From Candidatus Latescibacterota bacterium (lineage in GTDB: Bacteria > Latescibacterota > UBA2968): a stretch of DNA of 64,000 nt. Below the pieces are notes generated by a model. The model had not been told where the DNA came from. It was given only the letters and a program-made list of their open reading frames with translations, and ran no database searches. Location: NCBI GenBank assembly GCA_965207885.1, contig OZ242311.1, positions 1,888,001 to 1,952,000 of the forward strand, given 5' to 3'. The position numbers and the translations under genes are program-made. Of the stretch, positions 48,123-59,419 are shown piece by piece. Within the stretch, counting starts at the first letter, position 1. Every line of letters begins with the position of its first letter.

Positions 48123-48872
48123 ATGGCAAACGACGAATTTATGATTCCGCGACGATTGATCAATTCGGACCGGGAAGAAACACCGAGGTCCTTGCTGGAC
48201 CTGATTGAACAAGGGCCATTCGATTTGGATACGGCGGCGTGGTGGATGTCGCATGTGACGAATGGAGCATCGTGGATCGTGGGGTCGGGACCGGGCGGAA
48301 TCGGGAAATCGACGACGATGCGTTCCTTTCTGAGCGTTGTACCCAGGGACCGAGCATTTGCGATTGCGATGCCGGGGGAGATCCCGCCGCTCGCGGATCA
48401 GAAACGCTGCACGATTGCGCTCGAATTAAGCGATCATCGGCCGCCCGGCTACCTTTGGAACCAGGACCTGCGTGACTTCTTCGACCTATCGAAGGCGGGA
48501 CATCAGCTTGTGGGGAACGTCCACGCGGATACGGTGGAAGAGACGCGCGAACAGATCGTCGGGGCGTGCAGCGTTCCCGAGGAGCAGTTCCATCACATCA
48601 ATATCATTGCATTCGTCTGGCTGGAAGGTTATGAACGCGGAAACAGCCGGCGGATCAGGGATCAGACGTCGCGGCGGTTTCTCACAAGTGTGCACTACAC
48701 CGATGGTTCAGGTGCCCACGAGCAAGTCTATTCGGAAGGATCGGGACTTTCGCCCAACGCACCGAGGGATGTGGCGCACGAAGCAAAGTGCCGAACTTTT
48801 TTGGAGGAGGCGTTGGAAGAAGCGTCGCGGGATATAGATGAACTGAGAGAGCGATATCTGGCCTGGCATTAG
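48123..48872 (+). CDS. Short VirB11/PilT-like P-loop NTPase
   Basis: GPGGIGKST, ELSDH..PGYLW, NVHADT. Confidence 0.6.
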   Translation: MANDEFMIPRRLINSDREETPRSLLDLIEQGPFDLDTAAWWMSHVTNGASWIVGSGPGGIGKSTTMRSFLSVVPRDRAFAIAMPGEIPPLADQKRCTIALELSDHRPPGYLWNQDLRDFFDLSKAGHQLVGNVHADTVEETREQIVGACSVPEEQFHHINIIAFVWLEGYERGNSRRIRDQTSRRFLTSVHYTDGSGAHEQVYSEGSGLSPNAPRDVAHEAKCRTFLEEALEEASRDIDELRERYLAWH

Positions 48873-48921
48873 GATCGGTGGGTCCCCTTCGACTGGTAGC
48901 AGTCTCACAGACCTTTTTCGA

Positions 48922-50052
48922 TCAGGCTTGGATCTGATCCAGCCAGCCTTCCAGGGTGTAGCGCGGATCGCCTATTTCCTCCGGGCGGAGGCATGCCAGG
49001 TCGGTGCGGTGTATGGGCCGGATGCCGAGGTCGGGGAGGGTGGCGCCGCGCTGGTGGAGGTCGGTGCCGTAGAGTTTTTCCAGGACGATGCCATTGGCGT
49101 CGCACCAGTCGCCCGAGTTGAGGGTGGGCAGGCTCTCTTCGGGGTCGAAACCGGGGGCGCCGAGGTGGCGGTGGATCCATTTTAGGGCGACGGTGTAGCC
49201 GAAGTAGGGTCGATGCCCTCCCGCCGGTTCGAACCAGCAAGCGATGTGGCCGTCCGGGAAATTCGGAGCCGCGCAGGCCACGGCGTTCCGGGTACCTTCC
49301 CACGCGGCACTGTCTCCCTCTGTGTCGATGATGACATCGGCGTCGCCGTTGAGAATGAGGACGGCGCAGTGGGGCGCAGCCAGGGAGAGGAATTCCGGCC
49401 AGGTACAGAGGGTGCGCAGGCGCTGATTCGGGACGCGGGTGCAGAACTTGCCGGTGACTGTCATGGTGTCGCACAGCGCCCAACCGGAGACCAGGGCCAG
49501 CTTGAGGCGGGTGTCGAGGGCCAGCATCCAGGAGGCCTTGGCGCCGCCGAGGGAGTTTCCCGCCACACCGACGCGCTCCCGGTCGATGTCGTTCCGGGTA
49601 AAGAGGAAATCGATGCCCCGCATCGTGTCGAAGACGAGCTTGCCCATGATGAGCCGGCCGGCGCCATCGGCACAGGTGTGGACTTCTTCGGGGTCGTGCG
49701 CCCGGGTACCCAGGTCGCCGTAGATGTGCCGCTCTTCTTCTCCGACCGGGTCCAGAACCAGGCAGGCCAGCCCGAGTTTGGCGTAGAGTTGGGGGATGTA
49801 GGTGTACTGCCACTGGCTTTTGCTGCCGCCGTGGCCGCAGGTGATTACGATGGACGGCATGGGTGCGGTGGGGTGTGCGGGTCGATAGAGTACGGAGGGG
49901 ACGCGGGAACCGGGTTCGCTCGTCCAGATCCATTTTTCGACGACGATTCCATCCCGTTTGATCTGTCCGCGGGACTCCGGAGCCAGGTCGCAGCGGACCG
50001 TGGGGATGCCCAGAAGGTCGTGCAGAGCGCGGCGCAGGGATTCTGTCTGCAT
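48922..50052 (-). CDS. Acetylxylan esterase/dienelactone hydrolase-like alpha/beta hydrolase
   Basis: CGHGG, DPVGEEER, GNSLGG. Confidence 0.8.
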   Translation of the reverse strand: MQTESLRRALHDLLGIPTVRCDLAPESRGQIKRDGIVVEKWIWTSEPGSRVPSVLYRPAHPTAPMPSIVITCGHGGSKSQWQYTYIPQLYAKLGLACLVLDPVGEEERHIYGDLGTRAHDPEEVHTCADGAGRLIMGKLVFDTMRGIDFLFTRNDIDRERVGVAGNSLGGAKASWMLALDTRLKLALVSGWALCDTMTVTGKFCTRVPNQRLRTLCTWPEFLSLAAPHCAVLILNGDADVIIDTEGDSAAWEGTRNAVACAAPNFPDGHIACWFEPAGGHRPYFGYTVALKWIHRHLGAPGFDPEESLPTLNSGDWCDANGIVLEKLYGTDLHQRGATLPDLGIRPIHRTDLACLRPEEIGDPRYTLEGWLDQIQA

Positions 50053-50139
50053 GGGAATGTTCTTTGGAAGGGCAGCGGGATGGTAGCGTGCCGTGAGACG
50101 ATGAAGGGCCAGCCCGTAGATCGGCTCGCCCGAAAAGAA

Positions 50140-50524
50140 TGGTGGAGGCGGCGGGAATCGAACCCGCGTCCGAAAGCAGTTTGATAACGGCATCTACGTG
50201 TGTAGTCTATTCACTTAGGATCTCACATCTCGCGCCCCAACAGACAGGGTCGCTGAGATGCCAGCTCGATGGTTGGGGCTGTGGCCCACTCTCATCCGGA
50301 GGCCCTCGAGCGGAAACCCCCGCACCAGCCTGCTCTCGTCGGCGCTCTGCCCAGACCACGCAGGCAAGGTCTGAGAGAACGGACTGCGTAACGGTTAGTT
50401 AGGCAGCCATTGCGTACGTGTTATCGTCCGCAGTTGCGTTTTTTCCCAATTGTTTTACGAGGTGATTGGGTACCTCGACACGCAGCTATTATCTCCCCAC
50501 CCCCGTCGAAGCCGTGTCGCCCCC
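50140..50524 (-). ncRNA. ssrA: tmRNA; tag (A)DDNTYAMAA at 50399-50431
   Basis: 5' GGGGGCGACACGGCTTCGAC, 3' GGGTTCGATTCCCGCCGCCTCCACCA. Confidence 0.95.
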
Positions 50525-50536
50525 AGCACGTTCAAA

Positions 50537-50565
50537 AATATATCTAAGTTAATCCTTTCCGTCAA
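50537..50565 (-). promoter_or_regulatory. sigma70 promoter of ssrA
   Basis: TTGACG-N17-TATATT. Confidence 0.7.
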
Positions 50566-50574
50566 GCGGTCAGC

Positions 50575-51510
50575 CTAATTCTCCTTAAACCACTCTATTG
50601 TCTGTCGCAATCCCTGATCTGGCGTCACCTGAGGTTCCCATCCCAGGAGTTTTTTGGCCAGGGTGATATCGGGTTGTCGCATTTGGGGATCGTCGCCGAT
50701 TTGTGCATTGGGCATCAGTGCGATTTCGCTTTTGCTCTCGGTTAGTTCAATAATTTTTTTTGCCAGATCTAACATTGAGGTCTCACTCGATGGATTGCCG
50801 ATGTTTACGGGGGCGTGATAATCCGTGTGCATCAATCGATAGATCCCTTCAATCAGGTCTGAAACATAACAGATACTGCGCGTTTGACTACCATCGCCAT
50901 ATACTTTCAATGGTTCATCTGCCAGTGCCCGATTGACAAAATTGGGAATGGCCCGTCCATCGTTTTTGCGCATGCGGGGCCCATAGGTATTAAAAATCCG
51001 CACAATCCGCGTATCGACCCCGCTTTCGCGGTGATAGGCCATTGTCATGGCTTCGGCAAAGCGCTTGGCTTCGTCATAGACGCCACGCACGCCCAGTGTA
51101 TTGACATTGCCCAAATACGATTCTGGCTGCGGATGTACCAGCGGATCGCCGTAAATTTCGGATGTTGAGGCCAAAAAAAACTTCGCTTTTTTTGCACGCG
51201 CCACACCGAGTGCGTTGTACGTGCCGTGCGCGCCCACTTTCAGGATGCGAATGGGATAGCGCGAAAAATCATCGGGGCTGGCGGGGCTGGCAAAATGCAA
51301 TACATAATCCAATGGCCCTTTCACATAGATGTATTGCGTTACATCGTGTTTGATAAATGTAAAACCGTCCTGACCAAACAGGTGTGTGATATTTTTTGCG
51401 CGTCCGGTTAATAGGTTATCCATGACAATTAGTTCGTGCCCTTCATCCAGCAATCGGTCGCACAAATGCGACCCCAAAAACCCCGCGCCACCTGTTAGTA
51501 AAATACGCAT
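50575..51510 (-). CDS. UDP-glucuronate decarboxylase-like SDR
   Basis: [28 protein letters not shown]. Confidence 0.9.
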   Translation of the reverse strand: MRILLTGGAGFLGSHLCDRLLDEGHELIVMDNLLTGRAKNITHLFGQDGFTFIKHDVTQYIYVKGPLDYVLHFASPASPDDFSRYPIRILKVGAHGTYNALGVARAKKAKFFLASTSEIYGDPLVHPQPESYLGNVNTLGVRGVYDEAKRFAEAMTMAYHRESGVDTRIVRIFNTYGPRMRKNDGRAIPNFVNRALADEPLKVYGDGSQTRSICYVSDLIEGIYRLMHTDYHAPVNIGNPSSETSMLDLAKKIIELTESKSEIALMPNAQIGDDPQMRQPDITLAKKLLGWEPQVTPDQGLRQTIEWFKEN

Positions 51511-51520
51511 ATAGTTCCTG

Positions 51521-52867
51521 TTACAGTTTAAAGACGTGATCTTTCTTTCCAGATACGGCCTGCGTGGCATTGCGCGTATCGACAATACAACGCGCGTGTT
51601 TTACAATCCATTCATAATCCCAATCGCTGTGATGTGTCACAATGACCACACAATGGGCTTCTGTTAAATGTTTTTTATTTAAAGAAGTACTCTTCAAGTC
51701 CAAACTTTCTGTCTGCAAGTGATCCACAAACGGATCGCAATACGAGACCTTCGCCCCTTTCTCCTGAAGCATTTCTATAATATCCAATGCTGGTGACTCG
51801 CGAATATCGCGTACATCGGGTTTGTACGTCACGCCCAATATCAGGATGTTCGCGCCTTTCAAACACCGCTCGTATTCGTTGAGTGCGTCGGTGATTTTAT
51901 CGACCACATACCCTGGCATGCTGCGCGTCACTTCGCTGGCTAATTCGATAAAGCGCGCATTGTAATTCAAGGTCTTGAGCTTCCAGGCCAGAAAGTGCGG
52001 ATCAACCGGGATACAATGCCCGCCCAGCCCTGGACCGGGATAAAATGGCATGAATCCAAACGGCTTGGTCGCTGCGGCATCGATTACTTCCCAAACATCC
52101 ACCCCCAGGCGGTCACACATCAGGGCCACTTCATTGACAAGACCAATATTTACACTGCGAAAAGTATTTTCCAGCAACTTGGTCATTTCTGCGGCCTGGG
52201 TTGATGAGACCGGTACAACTTCGCCGATCGATTGTCGGTAAAAATACGTGCCTATTTCTGTGCAAGACGGGGTAATACCACCCACGACCTTGGGCGTGTT
52301 GGTGATGGTATAAACCCTGTTGCCCGGATCGACGCGCTCTGGGGAAAATACCAGAAAAAAATCTCGACCGACCTTCAAGCCACTTTCTTCGAGCAGGGGC
52401 AATACCAGTTCATGGGTCGTACCTGGATACGTCGTGCTCTCCAAAATCACCAGTTGTCCACGGCGCAGTCGGTCTTTGATTGCACCACATGCCTGCAAAA
52501 TAAACGAGACATCCGGATCGCGTGTTTTATTTAAGGGTGTGGGCACACATACCACGACCACATCGGCCTCATCGAGCACATCGCATTCTCGAGTTGCCGT
52601 CAATTTTCCCACAGCTTTGAGACCCGCTACTTCAAATTCCGATACACCCTGCACATCGGACTTTCCCGATTCTACCAGATCTACTTTGCGCGCCGATGTA
52701 TCGATTCCCGTGACAGAAAATCCCACCTTGCCCAATTCCACGGATAGGGTCAATCCCACATACCCCAATCCCATCACCGCTATCCGTGCTTCGTGCGATG
52801 CGATTTTTTCCTCCAGCATCTGTCTGGGGTTGGCAATTTCTCGAGGTAATCTTTCCGGTATAGCCAT
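51521..52867 (-). CDS. UDP-N-acetylhexosamine dehydrogenase (WecC/WbpA family)
   Basis: GLGYVG, ESTTYPG, PER, GGHCIP. Confidence 0.9.
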   Translation of the reverse strand: MAIPERLPREIANPRQMLEEKIASHEARIAVMGLGYVGLTLSVELGKVGFSVTGIDTSARKVDLVESGKSDVQGVSEFEVAGLKAVGKLTATRECDVLDEADVVVVCVPTPLNKTRDPDVSFILQACGAIKDRLRRGQLVILESTTYPGTTHELVLPLLEESGLKVGRDFFLVFSPERVDPGNRVYTITNTPKVVGGITPSCTEIGTYFYRQSIGEVVPVSSTQAAEMTKLLENTFRSVNIGLVNEVALMCDRLGVDVWEVIDAAATKPFGFMPFYPGPGLGGHCIPVDPHFLAWKLKTLNYNARFIELASEVTRSMPGYVVDKITDALNEYERCLKGANILILGVTYKPDVRDIRESPALDIIEMLQEKGAKVSYCDPFVDHLQTESLDLKSTSLNKKHLTEAHCVVIVTHHSDWDYEWIVKHARCIVDTRNATQAVSGKKDHVFKL

Positions 52868-53796
52868 TATGTTATCCGCTCTGGTCCGATCATTTGAATC
52901 AATACGGCCTTTTGAATATGCATGCGATTCTCTGCTTGATCCACAGCAATGCATCGCTCGCTTGCCATGACCTCATCCGTTACTTCATATCCCTTGTGTG
53001 CAGGTAAGCAGTGCATGACATAAGCATCTGTCTTTTTGAGCAATTCGCTATTGATCTGATATGGCATGAATACTTTGGTGCGTCGCTTCTTTTCTTCTGA
53101 AAATTCTGGATTGTTAAAAAATTCCATATCAATCCACGTATCGGTATAAACAAAATCTGCATCGGCAACAGCGGCTTCCAGATCCAGCGTTTCTTCAAAC
53201 AACCCGGTTGCACGCGCTGCTTTGACCAGTTCGGGGTCTGCCGATGGCTTGTTGATCTCTGGCGTCACAGCCGTTATGCGTACGCCTGCTTTTGTGCACG
53301 CTGTCACCAGCGAATTGCACACATTGTTCCAGATGCCCACATAAACTACATGCGTTCCCGCCAACTTGCCTCGCACTTCCAGGATCGATAGCAGATCGCC
53401 CAGGGCTTGACAGGGGTGATAGCGGTCACAACATCCGTTGATCACAGGGACTTCGGAGCCGAGAGTCAGCCGCAGCAGATCTTCGTGTTTGAGCATGCGC
53501 GCCATAATCACATCGGCATATCGCGACAGGACCTGTGCTTCATCGCGCACATCGGCCAATCCAAAATTGGTGGTCATCCAGTCCAAAAATACGGCCTGAC
53601 CTCCCAATTGATGCATGCCCACTTCAAAAGATACGCGGGTGCGCGTCGATGTTTTCTGAAATAACATCGCCAAAGTTTGTCCCTTTAGCAAACCTTCATA
53701 GCGCTCGGGATTCTTTTTGATCACCAGACCCATTTCTACCGCATGCAAAATATCATCTGGCGACCACGTCTTCAGTGTCAAAAGATCCATATCCAT
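52867..53796 (-). CDS. argF: Ornithine carbamoyltransferase
   Basis: STRTR, HPCQ, HCLP, QAENR. Confidence 0.85.
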   Translation of the reverse strand: MDMDLLTLKTWSPDDILHAVEMGLVIKKNPERYEGLLKGQTLAMLFQKTSTRTRVSFEVGMHQLGGQAVFLDWMTTNFGLADVRDEAQVLSRYADVIMARMLKHEDLLRLTLGSEVPVINGCCDRYHPCQALGDLLSILEVRGKLAGTHVVYVGIWNNVCNSLVTACTKAGVRITAVTPEINKPSADPELVKAARATGLFEETLDLEAAVADADFVYTDTWIDMEFFNNPEFSEEKKRRTKVFMPYQINSELLKKTDAYVMHCLPAHKGYEVTDEVMASERCIAVDQAENRMHIQKAVLIQMIGPERIT

Positions 53797-53879
53797 TTCC
53801 TTTCTATTGAACCGCTGCTACAGCCTGTCCCTGCAGGAATCAAAGCAGGGGTTGCCAGGTCAGGGGGAGTTTCACCGAT

Positions 53880-54851
53880 TCACAATTGTTCGCGCACAAC
53901 AGATAGCAAACGCGCTTGCACTTCGTCAACAGTGCCTTTAATCTCGCATCCCGATGCGCGGATGTGACCGCCACCACCAAATTGACGGGCAATGCGATTG
54001 ACATCCACCTTTTTCCGCGACCGCAAACTCACGCGCTGTTGTCCAGGCTCCTGTTCTTTGAAAAATAGTGCGACTTCAACCCCGTCAATCGACATCGCGT
54101 GATCGACCACGCCATCCAGATCACCATTCATCGCGTGGATTTTGTGATCGACGTACAATGTGCTGATCTGTCCATTTTCGTGTAGCGTTAGATTCGACAG
54201 CGCGAATCCCAGGGTTTTCACCGTTTGGTACGTTTGATGCGAAAACATGTTCTCTGCAATCTGTTGCGGGTCAGCGCCGTGCGTAACGAGTTCTGCGGCA
54301 ACGCGGAGTGCGCGTTCTGGATGCGAATGTTTAAATAGCTTTGTGTCAAAAACAATTCCGGCATATAAACACGTTGCGATCTCAAATGTAAATCCCGAAT
54401 TACTACGACGGGCGTGCCAGTTTATGAGCAAATAGATCAATTCACTGACAGAACTGGCATCTGGATCAATCACCCGTACATCGACCTTCTCATCTGCATC
54501 TACATGGTGATCAATCACCAGCGTTTTTGTCGCAGGCCCAATCAGATCCGCGACATCCCCAATGCGTTTTTTCGATGTCGTCGTATCCACCACCACGAGG
54601 CGCGGTACTACTGGAATTGAGCGGTACACCGATTCTATGCGATCATAGCCCGGCAAGAACCGATATTTGCGATCCGGCGTCTCGTCCGCCACCACAATGC
54701 GGTGCTTCTGGTTCTGGCGCATCAACCAGTGGCTCAACCCCAATAACGCACCGAGGCCATCGCCATCGGCATTCACATGCGTTGTCAGCACGAGTTCCTC
54801 GCCTGCCAACAAAAAATTCAGAGCCGCTTGAAAGTCCATTTTTATATCCAA
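53880..54851 (-). CDS. DHH/DHHA1 phosphoesterase (NrnA-like)
   Basis: H..ADGD, IDHH, SLRS, GGGH. Confidence 0.9.
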   Translation of the reverse strand: MDIKMDFQAALNFLLAGEELVLTTHVNADGDGLGALLGLSHWLMRQNQKHRIVVADETPDRKYRFLPGYDRIESVYRSIPVVPRLVVVDTTTSKKRIGDVADLIGPATKTLVIDHHVDADEKVDVRVIDPDASSVSELIYLLINWHARRSNSGFTFEIATCLYAGIVFDTKLFKHSHPERALRVAAELVTHGADPQQIAENMFSHQTYQTVKTLGFALSNLTLHENGQISTLYVDHKIHAMNGDLDGVVDHAMSIDGVEVALFFKEQEPGQQRVSLRSRKKVDVNRIARQFGGGGHIRASGCEIKGTVDEVQARLLSVVREQL

Positions 54852-54884
54852 ATGTACATATCAATGCAAGAGGATAGCTATTCG

Positions 54885-55448
54885 TCAACGTTTTAAAATC
54901 TGCTCGTGCCGACGTTTTAGAATTTGCTGTCGCCGCTTCTGAGAACTGAGTATGGTGAACAGAATATTTCCCCGTTTGCGCGCCGCCTGCAATGCCTGGA
55001 CATCCCGCTGGTCCTGGTCTTTTAACCGGGACAAATACAGCATGCGTTGTGCCGCATCTCGTAGCGACTTTGCCGAAAACAACACTGAGAGTGTTCCCTG
55101 TCGTCCTATTTTGTATATTTCACGCGCACGTTGCGCTATATTCTGCTCGCGATTTTTGAGTTGTGACTCAGCCAGTCTAAGCAGTTGCTCAGTACGGTTG
55201 ATTTCAATCTCCAGATTATTGATTTCCTCAGTCAAATTCAGAGATGTGTCCTGAGTCTTTTCACCTGGTTGAGCCGATACTTCAGACGAGGCTTGAGGCG
55301 TTTGCAGATCACGCGCTTTTAAGCTGTCCATCGCCGCTTGCTCGGCTTTCAGGCGTGCTTCCAGAACTTTTATTGTCTGCGCACTTCCGTTGGGAGATAA
55401 TGCGAGTAGAAGAGCTATTATACACAATATGTACGCTGGTTTTTGCAC
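54885..55448 (-). CDS. EnvC-like coiled-coil protein lacking the M23 domain
   Basis: Signal peptide, coiled coil, IYKIG..LFSAKS..RMLYL; follows ftsX. Confidence 0.65.
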   Translation of the reverse strand: MQKPAYILCIIALLLALSPNGSAQTIKVLEARLKAEQAAMDSLKARDLQTPQASSEVSAQPGEKTQDTSLNLTEEINNLEIEINRTEQLLRLAESQLKNREQNIAQRAREIYKIGRQGTLSVLFSAKSLRDAAQRMLYLSRLKDQDQRDVQALQAARKRGNILFTILSSQKRRQQILKRRHEQILKR

Positions 55449-55465
55449 GCTATACCTCAACCATC

Positions 55466-56329
55466 CTACGCGATTTCTTTCAACACGTGGTTCAGGGATG
55501 CCCAACTGCCTATCGCGCCCAGTACGATGCCCAATGCCACCAGGCAGAATGACAGTTCAATCGTTGGTGTGACTGTCAAATCCGGTACGCGAACAGCCCA
55601 CCACGGTGATATATAAGCCAACATCAGGGGGGCTAAAAATCCACCGATAAAGCCCAATAGTGCCCCTCCAACCCCAAAGATCATCCACACAGTTATATTC
55701 GTTGCGCCGACCAACCGCATAATCCCAATGGCATCGCGCTGCGCGAGTACCATCAACTTGGTCGCATGGCTCACTGCAAATGCACATGCAAAACACAACA
55801 TACACCCAAGCGCGAGTCCAATGCCGGTGATTACTGTAATAAAGTGCTCTAAAGAATCCGCCCAAGCTTCTCCCACATTTACACCTTCTACAGCACTGTG
55901 ACCAGTTACAGATCTTGCAACAGTTCGAGCTCGGCGCGGCATATTCTCTCCGGGCGAGATATGTACTCTGAGCGAAGCGGGCAATGGATTGCGCGAAAGC
56001 GCATCAACCGTACCCAGGCCAAATCGTGACCGAAATTCTCTGGCCGCCTCGTCCTGATCCACATACACAATTCCGGCTACCTCGGACCTTGCTTCTAACG
56101 TGCGCCGCAATGCGAATATGCGCTGAGGTGAAATGCCATCTTTTAAGTAAATGTCTATCTCCACCCGTGCGCGCAATCGGTCAACCAGCGCGTTCCCACC
56201 CTCGATGACCTTCCAGAAGAATCCCAATACCAGCAGCGATGCCCCAATGGTCGCCACAGAAATTACACCTGCGATTCTCGTACACACAACTCCTTGCCAT
56301 GCCTCGCGCAATACCAGCGACCATTTCAT
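55466..56329 (-). CDS. ftsX: Cell division permease FtsX
   Basis: NPLPAS, IMRLVGAT, 4 TM segments. Confidence 0.85.
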   Translation of the reverse strand: MKWSLVLREAWQGVVCTRIAGVISVATIGASLLVLGFFWKVIEGGNALVDRLRARVEIDIYLKDGISPQRIFALRRTLEARSEVAGIVYVDQDEAAREFRSRFGLGTVDALSRNPLPASLRVHISPGENMPRRARTVARSVTGHSAVEGVNVGEAWADSLEHFITVITGIGLALGCMLCFACAFAVSHATKLMVLAQRDAIGIMRLVGATNITVWMIFGVGGALLGFIGGFLAPLMLAYISPWWAVRVPDLTVTPTIELSFCLVALGIVLGAIGSWASLNHVLKEIA

Positions 56330-56346
56330 TTTACTTTTCCATTTTC

Positions 56347-57012
56347 TCAATTTGTGACTTGCTCAATGATGCCATTTTCCAACTGCAATATTCGCCAGGG
56401 ATATCGGTTTTCCTGCACTGCATCACGTGTCGCTATGACTACAGCTATTCCGCGTGCATTTATCTTTTTAAAAATAGCCATCACCTGCTCTGTTGCCTCG
56501 GAATCCAAATTGGCTGTTGGTTCATCTGCCAACAAGATAAGGGGATCATTCACCAGTGCCCGCGCAATTGCCACTCGTAGCCGTTCATAACCCGACAACT
56601 CATCTGGATACACATTGCGTTTGTGCAACAAATCCACATCCGACAATATTGCCTGTGTTTTGCGCTTGATCCAGCGTCGCGAAACACCTGTTACTTCAAG
56701 CGCGAAGGCCACATTTTCATAAACTGTGCGATGGTGTAATAGTTTGAAGTCTTGAAATACCACGCCCACTTGTCGTCGCAATCGAGGGATATCCGTTTTT
56801 CGAATTTGCCGCGAGTCGTACTCTCCCACAGATACCACGCCCGAACTGGGCAATTCCGCAAATATAACCAGCCCGAGTATCGCGCGCTTTTCCGCTTCGG
56901 TCTGTCCAATCAGATAGACAAATTCGCCCTGATTGATCTCTAAATTGGCGTCGATCAATATCGGTTGTCCCTGCTGCTCGACACCCACGTTTTGTAATTT
57001 AATCACAGGCAT
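56347..57012 (-). CDS. ftsE: FtsE with degenerate ATPase motifs
   Basis: LRRQVGVVFQDFKLL, ADEPTANLD; Walker A GQTEAEKR. Confidence 0.85.
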   Translation of the reverse strand: MPVIKLQNVGVEQQGQPILIDANLEINQGEFVYLIGQTEAEKRAILGLVIFAELPSSGVVSVGEYDSRQIRKTDIPRLRRQVGVVFQDFKLLHHRTVYENVAFALEVTGVSRRWIKRKTQAILSDVDLLHKRNVYPDELSGYERLRVAIARALVNDPLILLADEPTANLDSEATEQVMAIFKKINARGIAVVIATRDAVQENRYPWRILQLENGIIEQVTN

Positions 57013-57044
57013 GATGTACGACTGCTTCAGTAGTTCCCATTGAA

Positions 57045-57788
57045 CTATTTTTTTAGAACAAAATGCACCCGGTCCGAAAATTCTGTCGGTGGTGCATACC
57101 CAAATCCACCGTATGCGCCCACTATATCAAAAGGCGATTTATCTACAATTTCTTCAATCGCCGACAAGGAATAGATGCGCTGTTGATGCACTTCTTTGAC
57201 CACTTCATCCGTGTCTTCAAAGTGAATATCAAATTTGTTGTATTGCACACCCTTCTCGTAATAGCTGTGTCGCCGATATGAAAAACCATCCCCCGAATCT
57301 TCTGACTGCATATTGCTAAAGTATTGCCTCGAATTACTCTCTGTACAGATATCGACCACAAAAATACCGTTGAAATTTACAATGCAGTGTACTTCTTCCA
57401 GAGCACGTGCGATCAGTTCGGGTGACATCAAATAGTTGATGCTATCGTACAAACACAATACTGCATCACATGGAGGCAAATCGCTCAAATCGAGCAGATT
57501 GCGATGGTAAAATGGAATGGGATAGCGCAACTTGCGCGCCTTTTCTATAGCCATATCCAGCATTTCCCGGCAACCATCCGCACCCATCACATCGAACTTC
57601 TGACGGTATAACTGAATTGCCAGACTACCCGTGCCACAGGCCAGGTCCAATACGCGGTTGGGTTTGACTTTGTGTCGTGCGAGCAATGACGACACATAAT
57701 GCGCCCAATGTACGTAATCCACGTGTCGCATCACCTGGTCGTAAATGGTCGCTAAGCGACTATAAGGTGTTGCCTCAGTAGTCGGCAT
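57045..57788 (-). CDS. Class I SAM-dependent methyltransferase
   Basis: VLDLACGTG, DSINYL. Confidence 0.9.
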   Translation of the reverse strand: MPTTEATPYSRLATIYDQVMRHVDYVHWAHYVSSLLARHKVKPNRVLDLACGTGSLAIQLYRQKFDVMGADGCREMLDMAIEKARKLRYPIPFYHRNLLDLSDLPPCDAVLCLYDSINYLMSPELIARALEEVHCIVNFNGIFVVDICTESNSRQYFSNMQSEDSGDGFSYRRHSYYEKGVQYNKFDIHFEDTDEVVKEVHQQRIYSLSAIEEIVDKSPFDIVGAYGGFGYAPPTEFSDRVHFVLKK

Positions 57789-57860
57789 AAAATGAAAAAC
57801 GGCCAGCCCGTGCCGGCCTTGACCTTTCTACTTTGCGGAGTGGTGAGGGGAGCGCGCGTC

Positions 57861-58133
57861 TCAAAAAAATTCTGGTGCCCGTGCCTCATTTCGAATAACG
57901 CGATAATATTCTGGTGCTCGTTTCCGCGACACATTGCCCCGTGGAATCGCCAATACTTCAAACTCTAACAGGCGATCGGAAAACGCAATGCGCACTCTCT
58001 GGCCGACACGCAAAACGCGACTCGCCTTGGCTTCCTGCCCATCTACTGTCACAATCCCATTGCCACACGCTCGCTTGGCCTCTGATCGACGCCGCACCAG
58101 ACAACACGTATTTAGATAGATATCTAATCTCAT
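57861..58133 (-). CDS. S4-domain RNA-binding protein (Hsp15/HslR-like)
   Basis: MRLDIYL...RRRSEAK..C..G. Confidence 0.85.
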   Translation of the reverse strand: MRLDIYLNTCCLVRRRSEAKRACGNGIVTVDGQEAKASRVLRVGQRVRIAFSDRLLEFEVLAIPRGNVSRKRAPEYYRVIRNEARAPEFF

Positions 58134-58140
58134 ACTATCC

Positions 58141-59382
58141 CTATTCCAGCCGCACATCCACATATAATTTCGCTCGCGTTTCCGCCAGTTTCTCGCGGAA
58201 TAATGCTTGCAAGCGTTCCTCTTTGGCAATTTGCTCTAATGCAGTGGCCTCGTCATTGATGCGGAATAGGTTCCAGCCGCCTTCCACTTCTACGGGCAAA
58301 CTCACATCGCCCGGCTTGAGTGCTCGCACCACCTCTGCATATTGGGGTGGAAGGTCAGTTCTGGGAAAACTTCCCAGAAATCCGCCGCGCGATGCTGTTT
58401 CTTCAAAGTCGGAATGTTCGCGCGCAAGTTCGGCAAAATCCGCCCCGTCTTTAATTTGTTGGTACAATGCCATTGCCTTTTGCTGCGAGGCTTTTTCGTC
58501 TTTTTGCAACAAAAACAAAATGTGACGCGCCCGCACCTGATCGCCCGAGATTTCCTCAACGCGAATAATGTGAAAGCCAAATTGCGATTGCACGAGGTCG
58601 CTCACTTCGCCGACTTTGAGACTAAAGGCAACGTCTTCAAATGCAGGTACCATGGTACCGCGTCCAAAAAAGCCGAGATCCCCACCTTGAGACGCGCTGC
58701 CAGGGTCTTGTGAGTATTCTTTTGCCAGTGCTGCAAAATCTTCACCTGCTCGAATGCGTTCTAAGACTGCTTCTGCCTGGGGGCGAATTTTGTCCTGTTG
58801 TTCTGTCGATGCAACAGGTTCAACAAATATATGGCTCAAAGACACGACATTCGACTCGCCGCGCCGGTATTTTTCTTGAAATTCCTTTATATCCCGGGGC
58901 GATACGCTGACCTGCTGCGCCAGTATTTCATACATACTGCGTTCCAAATACTGATTGCGAAATTGCTCCCTGAATTTATCTCGCATCTGTCGCTCGGTCA
59001 ACCCCGCTTTTTTTAATTCTTCGGCAAAAGCCGCTGTGCCAAATTGTTCCTTAAACTGGCGAACCTGCGCCCGCACCATTTCTTCCACGCGCTCGTCATC
59101 TACCTCTATGCTGTCTTCTCGCGCTCTGACCAGTAATAAGTTGCGCTGAATTTCATTTTCCAGCACCTTATTGAACATATTCTCAAGCTCTGCCTGCGGT
59201 ACGGTTCGCACATCAATTCCTCGACCGATCAATTCCATCCGCAGTTTGTTTTCCACATCGGATCGCAGCACAATTTTGTCATCTACCACTGCTATAATTT
59301 TATCCAATAAGACAGGCTGTGCACGCGCTGTGCACGCGAGCAGAAATACTCCAATCAGCAAGTTGATAAGCAGCGTTTTCAT
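58141..59382 (-). CDS. SurA-like peptidyl-prolyl isomerase chaperone
   Basis: LDKIIAVV; two parvulin domains (GGDLG, FGFHII). Confidence 0.88.
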   Translation of the reverse strand: MKTLLINLLIGVFLLACTARAQPVLLDKIIAVVDDKIVLRSDVENKLRMELIGRGIDVRTVPQAELENMFNKVLENEIQRNLLLVRAREDSIEVDDERVEEMVRAQVRQFKEQFGTAAFAEELKKAGLTERQMRDKFREQFRNQYLERSMYEILAQQVSVSPRDIKEFQEKYRRGESNVVSLSHIFVEPVASTEQQDKIRPQAEAVLERIRAGEDFAALAKEYSQDPGSASQGGDLGFFGRGTMVPAFEDVAFSLKVGEVSDLVQSQFGFHIIRVEEISGDQVRARHILFLLQKDEKASQQKAMALYQQIKDGADFAELAREHSDFEETASRGGFLGSFPRTDLPPQYAEVVRALKPGDVSLPVEVEGGWNLFRINDEATALEQIAKEERLQALFREKLAETRAKLYVDVRLE

Positions 59383-59419
59383 GTCGATAAATTCCTTGTA
59401 TTAGTAGTCGGTTCAGTCC

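Noticed and set aside
48905-50402. ORFs 48905-49933, 49213-50184, 50139-50402 and the N-terminal extension of 48922-50193
   Set aside because: Alternate frames in GC-rich DNA or overlapping tmRNA
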